Translations under genes and position numbers: made by a program
Notes under the pieces: generated by a model
Seen by the model: only the letters and a program-made list of their open reading frames with translations
Told to the model about the DNA's origin: nothing
The model's database searches: none
From: Candidatus Nitrosopumilus koreensis AR1
Lineage (GTDB): Archaea; Thermoproteota; Nitrososphaeria; Nitrososphaerales; Nitrosopumilaceae
DNA length: 32,000 bases
Direction: 5' to 3'
Assembly (NCBI RefSeq): GCF_000299365.1
Contig: NC_018655.1
Location: 660,001 to 692,000, forward strand
Part shown: positions 17,124 through 26,439 of the stretch, one piece after another
Layout: each line of letters opens with the position of its first letter
Numbering within the stretch: position 1 is the first letter of the stretch

Positions 17124-19259
17124 TTGTACAGTAAACAATTCCTGTCAGAAATTGAACTGAAAATCGAAGAGATGCCACAGGCCTATGTGGGTAAGGGAGT
17201 GGCCATCGTTGATCCAAAAATAATTGAAGAGAATAACTGGAAATCGGGACAGATTCTAGAACTGTCTGCAAATAAAAAAAGTCATGTAAAACTATGGTCT
17301 GGATTTCCAGAAGACTATGACAGCAATGTTATCCGCATAGATGGTTTGACTAGATACAACATCGGCGCAAGTATCGGGGAGAATCTTTCTCTCAAAGCAG
17401 TTGATGGGGAAGAAGCAGAACAAATTGTGTTATCCCCCATTGAAAAGATTCATGCCGAGGGATTGCATGAGTACATGTCTTCACTTTATCAAGGCCATAT
17501 CTTTACCACAGGCGATACAGTGATAGTCAATACCCAGATGGGAAGTAAGATTCAGCTTGTTGTGACCAGCACAAAACCTGCAAAGCCTGTTTTTGTAACC
17601 GAGGATACAATATTCAAGTTAGGAAACATTACAAAATTAGATGATCCTTCCATACCAAGAATTACCTATGACGAGTTGGGCGGACTAAAAAATGAGATTC
17701 TAAAGATACGTGAAATGGTAGAGTTACCGATGAGGCATCCAGAATTGTTTGAGAAAATCGGCATATCCTCACCCAAAGGTGTTTTGTTGTATGGTCCTCC
17801 CGGAACTGGAAAGACGTTACTTGCGAAGGCAGTTGCAGGTGAGACAAATTCCCACTTTACATCACTTAGTGGTCCGGAAATCATGGCAAAGCATTATGGT
17901 GAAAGCGAGGAAAAACTGCGAGAAATTTTTACACAAGCTGAGGAAAATGCCCCTAGCATTATCTTCATTGATGAAATTGATTCAATTGCTCCAAAAAGAG
18001 AGGAGGTTTCAGGAGAATTGGAAAAACGCATTGTATCACAATTACTGACATTGATGGATGGAATGAAATCTCGTGGAAAAGTTGTAGTTATTGCTGCAAC
18101 CAATAGACCAGATAGCATAGATCCTGCACTTCGAAGACCAGGCAGATTTGACAGGGAAATTGAAATCGGAATTCCTGATGAAGATGGAAGATTAGAAGTG
18201 TTAAACATCCACACACGTGGAATGCCTTTGGACAAAAAGGTAGATCTAAAGAAAATTTCTAAAACAACTCACGGATTTGTGGGGGCTGACCTGGAAGTTC
18301 TTTGTAAGGAGGCAGCAATGAGATCCCTTAGAAGAATTTTACCTGAGATTAATTTGGAAGAAGAAAAAGTTTCAAAGGAAGTGCTGCAAAAAATAAAGAT
18401 AACTAGCAAGGATTTTACAGATGCATTAAAAGAAGTCAGGCCTTCTGCACTAAGGGAAGTTCTAGTTCAGATTCCAAATGTAAGTTGGGATGATGTAGGT
18501 GGATTGGACAAACTAAAGGAAGAACTGCGTGAGGCAATAGAGTGGCCATTAAAATACAAAGATGCTTTTGATTATGCACATGTAAAAACGCCAAAAGGGG
18601 TGCTGCTTTACGGTCCTCCGGGAACAGGAAAAACACTAATTGCAAAGGCAGTTGCGACAACAACTGAATCCAATTTTATCAGCATCAAGGGTCCTGAACT
18701 GCTATCCAAATGGGTTGGTGAATCTGAAAAGGGGGTAAGAGAGATTTTCAGAAAAGCACGTATGGCTGCCCCCTGTATAATTTTCTTTGATGAAATAGAT
18801 GCACTTGTTCCAAAAAGAGGAAGTGGTGGTTCAGATTCACATGTCACAGAAAATGTTGTCTCCCAGATTCTAACTGAGATAGATGGGTTGGAGGAACTCA
18901 ATAACGTATTGATAATTGGTGCAACAAACAGGCTGGACATTGTGGATCCAGCACTACTCAGGCCTGGCAGATTTGACAGGGTAATAGAAGTTCCAAACCC
19001 TGATGTTGCAGGAATAGAAATGATTCTCAAGATTCACACCAAAGACAAACCACTTGCTGAAGATGTCAATCTAAAGACCTTAGCAGAAATGTCAAAGGGA
19101 TTCAGTGGAGCAGAAATCGAAGAGGTGTGCAATCGCGGAGCACTCTTGGGAGTTAAGAGATTTGTGGAAAACAAGGACAAAGACGTAAAGTCCATCAAAA
19201 TAACTCAAAAGGATCTAGAATACTCGATAAACGAAATAAATAAGACAAAAAAGATTTGA
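17124..19259 (+). CDS. cdc48: CDC48/p97 (VCP)-type AAA+ ATPase
   Basis: Two Walker A GPPGTGKT and Walker B IIFIDEID / IIFFDEID, plus N-terminal CDC48 domain. Confidence 0.97.
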   Translation: MYSKQFLSEIELKIEEMPQAYVGKGVAIVDPKIIEENNWKSGQILELSANKKSHVKLWSGFPEDYDSNVIRIDGLTRYNIGASIGENLSLKAVDGEEAEQIVLSPIEKIHAEGLHEYMSSLYQGHIFTTGDTVIVNTQMGSKIQLVVTSTKPAKPVFVTEDTIFKLGNITKLDDPSIPRITYDELGGLKNEILKIREMVELPMRHPELFEKIGISSPKGVLLYGPPGTGKTLLAKAVAGETNSHFTSLSGPEIMAKHYGESEEKLREIFTQAEENAPSIIFIDEIDSIAPKREEVSGELEKRIVSQLLTLMDGMKSRGKVVVIAATNRPDSIDPALRRPGRFDREIEIGIPDEDGRLEVLNIHTRGMPLDKKVDLKKISKTTHGFVGADLEVLCKEAAMRSLRRILPEINLEEEKVSKEVLQKIKITSKDFTDALKEVRPSALREVLVQIPNVSWDDVGGLDKLKEELREAIEWPLKYKDAFDYAHVKTPKGVLLYGPPGTGKTLIAKAVATTTESNFISIKGPELLSKWVGESEKGVREIFRKARMAAPCIIFFDEIDALVPKRGSGGSDSHVTENVVSQILTEIDGLEELNNVLIIGATNRLDIVDPALLRPGRFDRVIEVPNPDVAGIEMILKIHTKDKPLAEDVNLKTLAEMSKGFSGAEIEEVCNRGALLGVKRFVENKDKDVKSIKITQKDLEYSINEINKTKKI

Positions 19260-19405
19260 GGTGTTTCTTGACTTGCTTTGCAAATATAAAATCACAAGCA
19301 AATGAATTGTGAAATATATGCTGTCCTGGGCATGACGAAATTCTGATATTCAAAACGGTTTTTACAACATCTTAATTAATTAGAAAATGGAGATCAGTGA
19401 CATCT

Positions 19406-19570
19406 ATGAATAAATCACATGTGTGCGAAAAATGTGGGAATAATTTTTCTAAAATAGTAGGGATCATAAACATTTCAAAATGCCCTCAATGCAAAGAAAT
19501 TGGTTTTGACATGACAACCCCTAAAACAGGATTTGAGGATGATGGAGAATTTTTGAATGAAGAAGGATGA
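19406..19570 (+). CDS. Zinc-ribbon microprotein (54 aa)
   Basis: MNKSHVCEKCGNNFSKIVGIINISKCPQCKEIGFDMTTPKTGFEDDGEFLNEEG. Confidence 0.6.
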   Translation: MNKSHVCEKCGNNFSKIVGIINISKCPQCKEIGFDMTTPKTGFEDDGEFLNEEG

Positions 19571-19707
19571 TGATTGAAATGAAGGTTTTTGCTTCCGTAT
19601 ATGCCTAATTTGGTTTTACCTACAAACCTATTGACGGCACGTTCAGTTCAATTGACATGTATTAAACCAAGATAATGATTGATTTGTGACCTTTACTTGG
19701 ATTCTAA

Positions 19708-19818
19708 TCATTCAACTGGATAGTGAAAATGACAACTAGGACATATCCACCATTGAGTATCTGCCTCTCTAATCTTCTCACATAGAACGTGGCAATTCTT
19801 ACAAAAGTGGCAATACAA
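19708..19818 (-). CDS. Cys/His-rich zinc-binding microprotein (TTG start or 5'-truncated)
   Basis: LYCHFCKNCHVLCEKIREADTQWWICPSCHFHYPVE. Confidence 0.45.
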   Translation of the reverse strand: MYCHFCKNCHVLCEKIREADTQWWICPSCHFHYPVE

Positions 19819-20014
19819 CCTAGTTCCTTACGGACTATCAAGTAAATGAACTAGGTTATTCTAAAAAAAGTACACTTGCCGTAGTAAATGACTTGATAGA
19901 AATTAAGGCCTTTTTTAAAATCTGAGTATTTTCTGGAAATCTATGTATGATCTAAACAATTAATGTAACTTTTATCAAAGTTAAGCATTCAAGTTTTGAA
20001 TCTTTTCAATAATC

Positions 20015-20287
20015 TTAAGTTCCTGACAGTTTAGAACCTTGATTTTTCATTTTACGCCCTAAAAATGCAATAACCCAACCGATACCAATCAGTGCTGAAC
20101 CAAATAGGATGTTCCATTCATAATACTTTACATACTCCTCTTCAAATCTAGGATCTTCTTGGAATTGTTCTTGTGGAATATCTGTTAGAAACAGAGCCCA
20201 TATTGAAAAAACAACTATGAGCACACCCAATGCAAAAAATGCAATCATTACATACTTTGAAGCTCCACGAATCATGCATTCATACAA
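20015..20287 (-). CDS. Small membrane protein
   Basis: Two TM segments. Confidence 0.6.
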   Translation of the reverse strand: MYECMIRGASKYVMIAFFALGVLIVVFSIWALFLTDIPQEQFQEDPRFEEEYVKYYEWNILFGSALIGIGWVIAFLGRKMKNQGSKLSGT

Positions 20288-20569
20288 GAATTCCCCTATA
20301 TGGAGTGTGGTGTCAATTCTAAACTCTTTTGAGAATAATCAATACGCTCAAGTTCTTAGAAAATGTAATCAATGTTATGGGATTTCTAGACAAATTCAAA
20401 AAAACTAAAGACACATCAATTGATTCTGAAAATAGGTCATCTGAGCAAGAAGAGATGAGAGACGAACAGTATCAACTTGAAAGAAAATTATGAAAGTGAC
20501 GAAAATTATGAAGACTCTAAAGACTAGTTAATCATACTTAAGTTCATAAAAAAATACCTTTTAACGACA

Positions 20570-20683
20570 ATGAACAAAATATGCCCTTGCAAGTGTGGAT
20601 GTGAACGAAAAATATCCAATGTCTATTACGATACTTGTATCTTTTGTCTACTTGGAGAACATAAAAATGACTCAAACTCTTAA
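20570..20683 (+). CDS. Cys-rich microprotein (37 aa)
   Basis: MNKICPCKCGCERKISNVYYDTCIFCLLGEHKNDSNS. Confidence 0.5.
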   Translation: MNKICPCKCGCERKISNVYYDTCIFCLLGEHKNDSNS

Positions 20684-20983
20684 TTTGTTCATTTCTTGTC
20701 CAATACTAGGTAAACAGTATTTGGTATGCAAGCCAACAATTTATGAAAAATTTAGGACAATATTTTTGAAGTAATTTGCAGAACTTAGGGTATTGATCCA
20801 AAAGTAATAATTCCTTTGATATCATTCGATATGTTCAATTTCAACAAAAAACGTATGTTCAAAATTGTTCGTTTTTTACTTTTACCGTGTCCAGAGTTCA
20901 AATTGTAATGAGAGCATTTTGTTGTGGGGATATAGTTAGATGATTTAAAATCATACCCACGTGGTAGGAGTTTTGAGTTATTT

Positions 20984-21472
20984 ATGCAGATTTATCAACA
21001 GCTTCAGGAAATTTTAGCCAATAACACATTTCAGGATTATGGCATAATTGGATTATTTCTAAATTCTTTTTTGTCAGCTACTGCAATACCTTTACCTACT
21101 GAAATTCTGACTTCAGCTTTACTGATAGGTGGAGAAAATCAAATTCTAATTGGGATAGCATTAGTTTTGGGCTCTACAATCGGTGGAGTGTTGAATTATT
21201 TTATTGGGTTTGGTGGAAACACACTGATTACAAAATTCAAGAAAAAGAAAGATCAAAAGGAGGCTGAGCAGAAAAACAAAGACAATAAACTACTTGAAAA
21301 ATTTGGCTGGAGTGCAGTATTTTTCGCATCTTGGATTCCAATTATTGGAGATTTCATTCTAATATCTGCTGGTGTAAAGAAAATGAACTTCACCAAGTTT
21401 TTCATTTTTATGGTCACAGGCAAGACTTTCAAAACTATTGCAGTGGTATCTGGATTGGGATTGATCTTTTAA
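20984..21472 (+). CDS. DedA/SNARE-associated (VTT-domain) membrane protein
   Basis: SATAIPLPTEILTSALLIGG...GSTIGGVLNYFIGFGGN...FASWIPIIGDFILISAG. Confidence 0.85.
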   Translation: MQIYQQLQEILANNTFQDYGIIGLFLNSFLSATAIPLPTEILTSALLIGGENQILIGIALVLGSTIGGVLNYFIGFGGNTLITKFKKKKDQKEAEQKNKDNKLLEKFGWSAVFFASWIPIIGDFILISAGVKKMNFTKFFIFMVTGKTFKTIAVVSGLGLIF

Positions 21473-21529
21473 AAAAGACATGTCAAAATTTCCAATATTT
21501 TTTGCATTTTTCACAAAACAGAATAGGTG

Positions 21530-21958
21530 TTAAGATTGGACTCTATTGGAAGATTCATAGTTTTTATGAATTATCAATGTGTCAAAACCCTCGTCTTTGT
21601 TGGGCGTTTCAAATTCCTTTAGTTGTTTGTTTATTGCAGCCAATGGAAAGGAATCACGTCTCCTTGTTCTTCTTTGTTCAATGATTCCTGACGAGGTATT
21701 CATAAAAACTCCAATCATTTTGGCGTTGTATTTTTTTGCCATATCGATATGCATTTTTCGAATGTCTTTTGTAATATTGGTATCATCAACAACTATGCTT
21801 TTGCCTTGCTTGAGGCATTGTTCAATGTAATTCATCTCTTTTTTTCTGTCGTTGTCAAAATAATAAAGTCGTATTTCCTCATGAGTAAAATTTGCTTTGA
21901 CATAAGTGGTTTTCCCACTCAATGCAATACCTATCATAATGACATATTCCAAGCTCAT
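21530..21958 (-). CDS. P-loop kinase (zeta toxin/polynucleotide kinase-like)
   Basis: MIGIALSGKTTYVKANF Walker A; IVVDDTNITKDIRKMHIDMAKKY. Confidence 0.75.
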   Translation of the reverse strand: MSLEYVIMIGIALSGKTTYVKANFTHEEIRLYYFDNDRKKEMNYIEQCLKQGKSIVVDDTNITKDIRKMHIDMAKKYNAKMIGVFMNTSSGIIEQRRTRRRDSFPLAAINKQLKEFETPNKDEGFDTLIIHKNYESSNRVQS

Positions 21959-22060
21959 TTCTTATCTTTTCTGATTTTTAATCAATATGACTGAACCAAT
22001 TATTCTTGACAAATCATTTCTCAAAAGTGTAATTAATAGAATAATCCTTTGACAGGGGTT

Positions 22061-22345
22061 TCAGATGTTCTCCTGAGGGGATCCTATATAGAAGACATAT
22101 ACAAAATCTGCACTCCCATAACTTTCTGAATCTTGCCTCATTCCTTTGTCTAGAAAATATGATTCCACTTTGTCTGCATCATCTTTGGAATTGGCATCCC
22201 AATCCCTCCAACTATTTGGTTCTCCGCGTTTGGTTTTACTGTTTTCAGAATCATTTGTTCTACCTATCATCCATTTTGAGTAATTTCCATCTGATTGAGA
22301 CTTTACAAGTTCTTCTATTTCAGAAATGATTTCTGAGGATTCCAT
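22061..22345 (-). CDS. Hypothetical protein
   Basis: Good open frame; no recognised domain. Confidence 0.5.
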   Translation of the reverse strand: MESSEIISEIEELVKSQSDGNYSKWMIGRTNDSENSKTKRGEPNSWRDWDANSKDDADKVESYFLDKGMRQDSESYGSADFVYVFYIGSPQENI

Positions 22346-22513
22346 GATTTTCTAGTGTCCCTCATCTTAAAAAAGAATGCCAATAAAACCATTCATGATA
22401 ATTCAAGATGGATGTTTTGTCTTCTTTAATTCATTTATCTGGTATTCCAGATTTTTTTGAGTTATCTTGAGTGACTTTAAACGCTTAAGTTTGAATGACA
22501 TTAGATAAGTAAT

Positions 22514-22660
22514 ATGATAGATGTAAAAGATTTGAGAGTGTGCGTTGATTGTGGAACCGTATACAATGAAAAATTTTCAAGAGGAACGTGCCCAAACTGT
22601 CATACCAATAATTATGAACAGGTATCTGCAGATAGCGGCGTGGGAAATTTAGACAGATAA
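22514..22660 (+). CDS. Zinc-ribbon microprotein (48 aa)
   Basis: MIDVKDLRVCVDCGTVYNEKFSRGTCPNCHTNNYEQVSADSGVGNLDR. Confidence 0.6.
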   Translation: MIDVKDLRVCVDCGTVYNEKFSRGTCPNCHTNNYEQVSADSGVGNLDR

Positions 22661-23091
22661 ACAGCCTTTGAAAAGATCGAATGGATAAAAAACAGATACG
22701 AGAAAACTTGTTCATCTATCAAAGACTCTGAATGATATTCTACTGACATCTGAAATTGCCCCCAAAAACAAGTCAATACTGCAAAAGCTCTCCCTACTCT
22801 GCATCCTAATTAACCTCAAACAATATGAAACTCTATAAGCAATATTGGCGTAAAGTTAGTAACGTAGTGGTGTGAGTTTGCATATCTGCAAGGAAGGACT
22901 GAATTGACTACTCAGCTACGTGCTGTTGTATTATGATTGGAATTTTATGTCTTTATATGCCAGTAGTGACTAAGTGAATTATATCGGAAAATATTTTTGC
23001 AAAATTCAAAGTAAGAAAAGAAAAGACACCAAAGGACGTTAACGCATTCAAAGAATCTGAAGAAACGAAATTAGTGAGGATAGAAAAATAA

Positions 23092-23220
23092 ATGGCGTAT
23101 CGCTGCAAGCATTGCAATTTTAGATGGGATGCATGGCAAGGCAATTTTCAAAAAGTATTAGATCATGAAAAAACCCATTTGAAAGACAAGAAAGTTCAGA
23201 CGGCGGAGACAACAGGATAA
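23092..23220 (+). CDS. Zinc-finger microprotein (42 aa)
   Basis: MAYRCKHCNFRWDAWQGNFQKVLDHEKTHLKDKKVQTAETTG; C2H2-like spacing. Confidence 0.6.
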   Translation: MAYRCKHCNFRWDAWQGNFQKVLDHEKTHLKDKKVQTAETTG

Positions 23221-23224
23221 TGCA

Positions 23225-23353
23225 ATGATTGCTATTGATGATTTGAGATCCTGTGAGAATTGTGGTAACGTGTTCTTGAAAAAAATAGGGGGCAAGATGA
23301 CAAACAGATGTCCTGCATGTAATGTGTGGAAGAAGGAAACTATTTCCCAATGA
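23225..23353 (+). CDS. Zinc-ribbon microprotein (42 aa)
   Basis: MIAIDDLRSCENCGNVFLKKIGGKMTNRCPACNVWKKETISQ; 4 bp after previous stop. Confidence 0.6.
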   Translation: MIAIDDLRSCENCGNVFLKKIGGKMTNRCPACNVWKKETISQ

Positions 23354-23526
23354 GACTACACACATATTCATATCTCAAGAAATTACGGATTAGTTTTTAG
23401 TTACAAAATCGGTAGATTTGGAAATTCTGTGATCATAGAAAATATGACAACAAGGATCAATTAAAGAGAAATAAAGCACAACACGTCTAGAGCCGCTTAA
23501 TATGCTTGGTCGGGTCTACAGTACTT

Positions 23527-23622
23527 ATGAAGTACTGCCACAGTTGTTTAACTCCAATTAACAGATATTCAAAAGAAGAGTATTGTTTGATATGTCAAAG
23601 AAACAAAACCATCTCAGGTTAA
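23527..23622 (+). CDS. Cys-rich microprotein (31 aa)
   Basis: MKYCHSCLTPINRYSKEEYCLICQRNKTISG. Confidence 0.45.
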   Translation: MKYCHSCLTPINRYSKEEYCLICQRNKTISG

Positions 23623-23797
23623 CTTGATTTCTACAATTTTTTCCTAAATGTTAAATCGTTATGATTGCAAATATCCTCAAACAGTATTGTACGACAAATG
23701 AGTTTTCTGATGAATCCTGGGCAAAGGAGTTTGGTTTCCAAGTAATTGTATCTGTATGATTTATGAGTGTGTATACTTGACCTGTTTTTGATTTATC

Positions 23798-24679
23798 ATG
23801 TCTATCCAAAATAAAACACTAGAAAAATTCATGAAAGAGATGGTTGCAGATTTAACTGCAAAATTTCACGATGAGATTGTTTCATTTGTACTGTTTGGCT
23901 CTGCAACAACAGGCGAATGGATTCGTGGAAAATCCGACATTGACTGTATTGTAATTATAAAAAATAAAAAATTATGTAAAGATATTGAAACTTATCTAAG
24001 CAGTCTTTTGCTCACTCTTGATGCAAAATATGATCTAAAACTATCAGACACATGTACATCCTACAAAAAGACTGACAATCCTGCACTTGATCTAATCTTT
24101 AAGACTGAAAACAAGATGATGTTCGGTCAGCCGTTTTATGTGGTAGCAGAGGATCAGCTTGACCTGAAGGGATTTAAGATAAGAAAAAACCTCAAAGTGG
24201 AGATTGGAACCAGAACCATTGCGTCTCTTGGTCTGTTCTTGCAGAGAATAAAAAATACTGGAATTATTTTGTATGGACGTGACATACGAAAAGAAATACC
24301 AAAAACTGTTCCTACTCTTGAGAAGATAAAGGCATCATTTAATGCGATGTTGCTCTTGATGATGAGCTTTGTGATATTTCCATTCAGTTTTAACTCTGCA
24401 TTCTCTCATGCAGTAAAGGCAAATTTCTGGGCATGTGATGACGTATTATTTGCATTAGACAAACCTCTGTCCACTACAAAACAGGAGATACTTGACATCT
24501 GTTCAATTTTTGGCAAGTCTGAGATTGATTCAGAGCATCTGCTAATGTCCTTGGAATACAAAAAAACTAAAGACAATATGAAACTCAGTAAGGGATTTGT
24601 TTTTGGATACATGATAAAGAGCACAAAATTCGTTTATGGGCTGTATGCTGTTGCTCTAAAAAAGATGTTGAGAAAATGA
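23798..24679 (+). CDS. Nucleotidyltransferase-domain protein
   Basis: FVLFGSATTGEWIRGKSDIDCIVII (GS...DxD motif) with helical C-terminal half. Confidence 0.85.
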   Translation: MSIQNKTLEKFMKEMVADLTAKFHDEIVSFVLFGSATTGEWIRGKSDIDCIVIIKNKKLCKDIETYLSSLLLTLDAKYDLKLSDTCTSYKKTDNPALDLIFKTENKMMFGQPFYVVAEDQLDLKGFKIRKNLKVEIGTRTIASLGLFLQRIKNTGIILYGRDIRKEIPKTVPTLEKIKASFNAMLLLMMSFVIFPFSFNSAFSHAVKANFWACDDVLFALDKPLSTTKQEILDICSIFGKSEIDSEHLLMSLEYKKTKDNMKLSKGFVFGYMIKSTKFVYGLYAVALKKMLRK

Positions 24680-24830
24680 AATACTAGATTTTTTGAATGC
24701 TATGAGGCCCAAAATCTCAACAATCTCAAATGCAATTCCTTGACAAACGGTTCATAATTCTGACATATTTGTCGATAAAAGTAACAGAATAGTCAGCATT
24801 GGTTAATACTCTTAAATTCACATACTGTAC

Positions 24831-25037
24831 ATGGCAACAAAAAATAATCCAGGACGCATTTCAAAGTTTCTTACAAGAGCTGACAAAGCGATTGATGGTG
24901 GCATCAAAAAGGCTGATGAAATGTTAGATGAGGCAGTAGAGTTTGGGCATATGACCTATGATGGCGCAAAAAAGACACGTGATGAATCGAGACGAAGAGT
25001 AGCCAAGAAGGCTGCAAAGAAAACAGATGGAAAATAA
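24831..25037 (+). CDS. Small basic hypothetical protein
   Basis: Lys/Arg-rich C-terminus VAKKAAKKTDGK. Confidence 0.6.
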   Translation: MATKNNPGRISKFLTRADKAIDGGIKKADEMLDEAVEFGHMTYDGAKKTRDESRRRVAKKAAKKTDGK

Positions 25038-25196
25038 ACAATTAGATTTTCAAGTAGAAATTGTGATATTATCATGTTTTCAAGTCGCACTAAAATAATT
25101 GGGCAGAGTGGGGCAATAATTAGAAAAACGTCATAATCTGTTCTTGTTGTTTAATTTCTATTAACTGTGACAAATGTGTAAGTAAAAACAACATTC

Positions 25197-25475
25197 ATGT
25201 CAGCGTGGCTTAATACACTATTTGCAATTATGTTAACAATGACAAAAACAAAACAAATTCCTAATAATCCAGACAGAGAGCCATTTCGTAAAATGCGTAA
25301 CGATCGAGAAATTGGAAATGTTTCTAACCTTCCAAAAGATGCAATTGAAGGTTGTAGAAAAGACATGCAAATCGGAACTCTGTTGGATAAATGGAATGTA
25401 AGAACTGTTGAGGAACTGAAAAAAAAATTCAGAAAACAAAACAGACTCAAAAAATTTAATCAAAGATTAGATTAA
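25197..25475 (+). CDS. Small hypothetical protein; start may be internal
   Basis: Open frame with charged C-terminal region. Confidence 0.45.
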   Translation: MSAWLNTLFAIMLTMTKTKQIPNNPDREPFRKMRNDREIGNVSNLPKDAIEGCRKDMQIGTLLDKWNVRTVEELKKKFRKQNRLKKFNQRLD

Positions 25476-25494
25476 CATATGGAATTTACGCTTA

Positions 25495-25636
25495 TCTGCG
25501 TCCATTTCTATCCCCAATTTGGTAGTAGTCCACGTGAAGTTGAATCGAATCATTTTCTTTTCCCATAATCGGTTCAGGCCTTTGCGGATTTCATACAAAA
25601 CACCAGAAGGACTTTTCAATGACTGGGATTGACTTT
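25495..25636 (+). repeat. Second dispersed repeat family copy R2
   Basis: GCGTCCATTTCTATCCCCAATTTGGTAGTAGTCCACGTGAAGTTGAATCG...CTTTTCCCATAATCGGTTCAGGCC...GGATTTC. Confidence 0.8.
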
Positions 25637-25800
25637 CATAGAGTATGGTGATATTGTATGTACATAATTGTCAGCGTCACTTAATATCTTATTTTATGAA
25701 ATAATGTTGTGACCTGCAAATATTGCGGAAAAGATTTTTACCATCGTGCTAGTACTTACTGTTCAACTGATTGCGCAATTAACGGACAAGATGCTGTCCT

Positions 25801-25983
25801 TTGAATAATTCCAACACCAGATCAAATCTAATTAACAGACAAAAAATTTTATGTATTTCTGTATTGTTTGTTTTCATATTAGGTATTCCTTCCATACCTA
25901 GTTCGTATGCTGATCATGCTAATGTTAATGTGAATATCGCAAAAGGATCTTCAGCATCAGGATGTGAGGAAAAAAATGAGTGA
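25801..25983 (+). pseudogene. Truncated exported cupredoxin-like fragment
   Basis: ISVLFVFILGIPSIPSSYADHANVNVNIAKGSSASGCEEKNE* matches the N-terminal portion of thaumarchaeal plastocyanin-like proteins; ends at TGA. Confidence 0.55.
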
Positions 25984-26137
25984 TAATTTTTGTAGAAGTA
26001 TATGCGGATACTATGATGCAAAGGCAGAATTTCGAAATTCACAAAGCAACATATTCAGAAAGTACTGCCCCACATGTGAACTAGAACTAGTTTCCAGATA
26101 TTCTAACTGTCCTTGTTGTCATCAATCATTTGATTAA
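25976..26137 (+). CDS. Zinc-ribbon microprotein (53 aa) overlapping the cupredoxin fragment
   Basis: MSDNFCRSICGYYDAKAEFRNSQSNIFRKYCPTCELELVSRYSNCPCCHQSFD. Confidence 0.65.
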   Translation: MSDNFCRSICGYYDAKAEFRNSQSNIFRKYCPTCELELVSRYSNCPCCHQSFD

Positions 26138-26439
26138 TTCTCAGATTCAAAATTCTAGAATTTTCAAAAATAGATACTTTCTAACTATTAGATGACAAAA
26201 TTTGGAACCGAAATAGAACTTCATAGATACGAATCCGGTCGAATCCAATCATCTATGATTCGTAAAATCTAGTTTAATTTTGGTTAATTAGGTTAACCCC
26301 GTTAATTTTCATAAACATAGTTGTTTGGCATCTCTGTAAATATTACATTGACAATTATGTATGTACCATAAACAAATCTGTATTTGAAACATACGCTAGT
26401 GTAAGCGCAGGTTAATACTGATTAGTATACACATTTACT

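Noticed and set aside
17662-19030. Multiple antisense ORFs over cdc48
   Set aside because: Classic shadow ORFs of a highly conserved coding sequence.
22850-22950. Possible tRNA-like sequence in a gene-poor interval
   Set aside because: No cloverleaf, TTCRANT arm or CCA-adjacent acceptor stem could be drawn by eye; tRNAscan-SE would be decisive.
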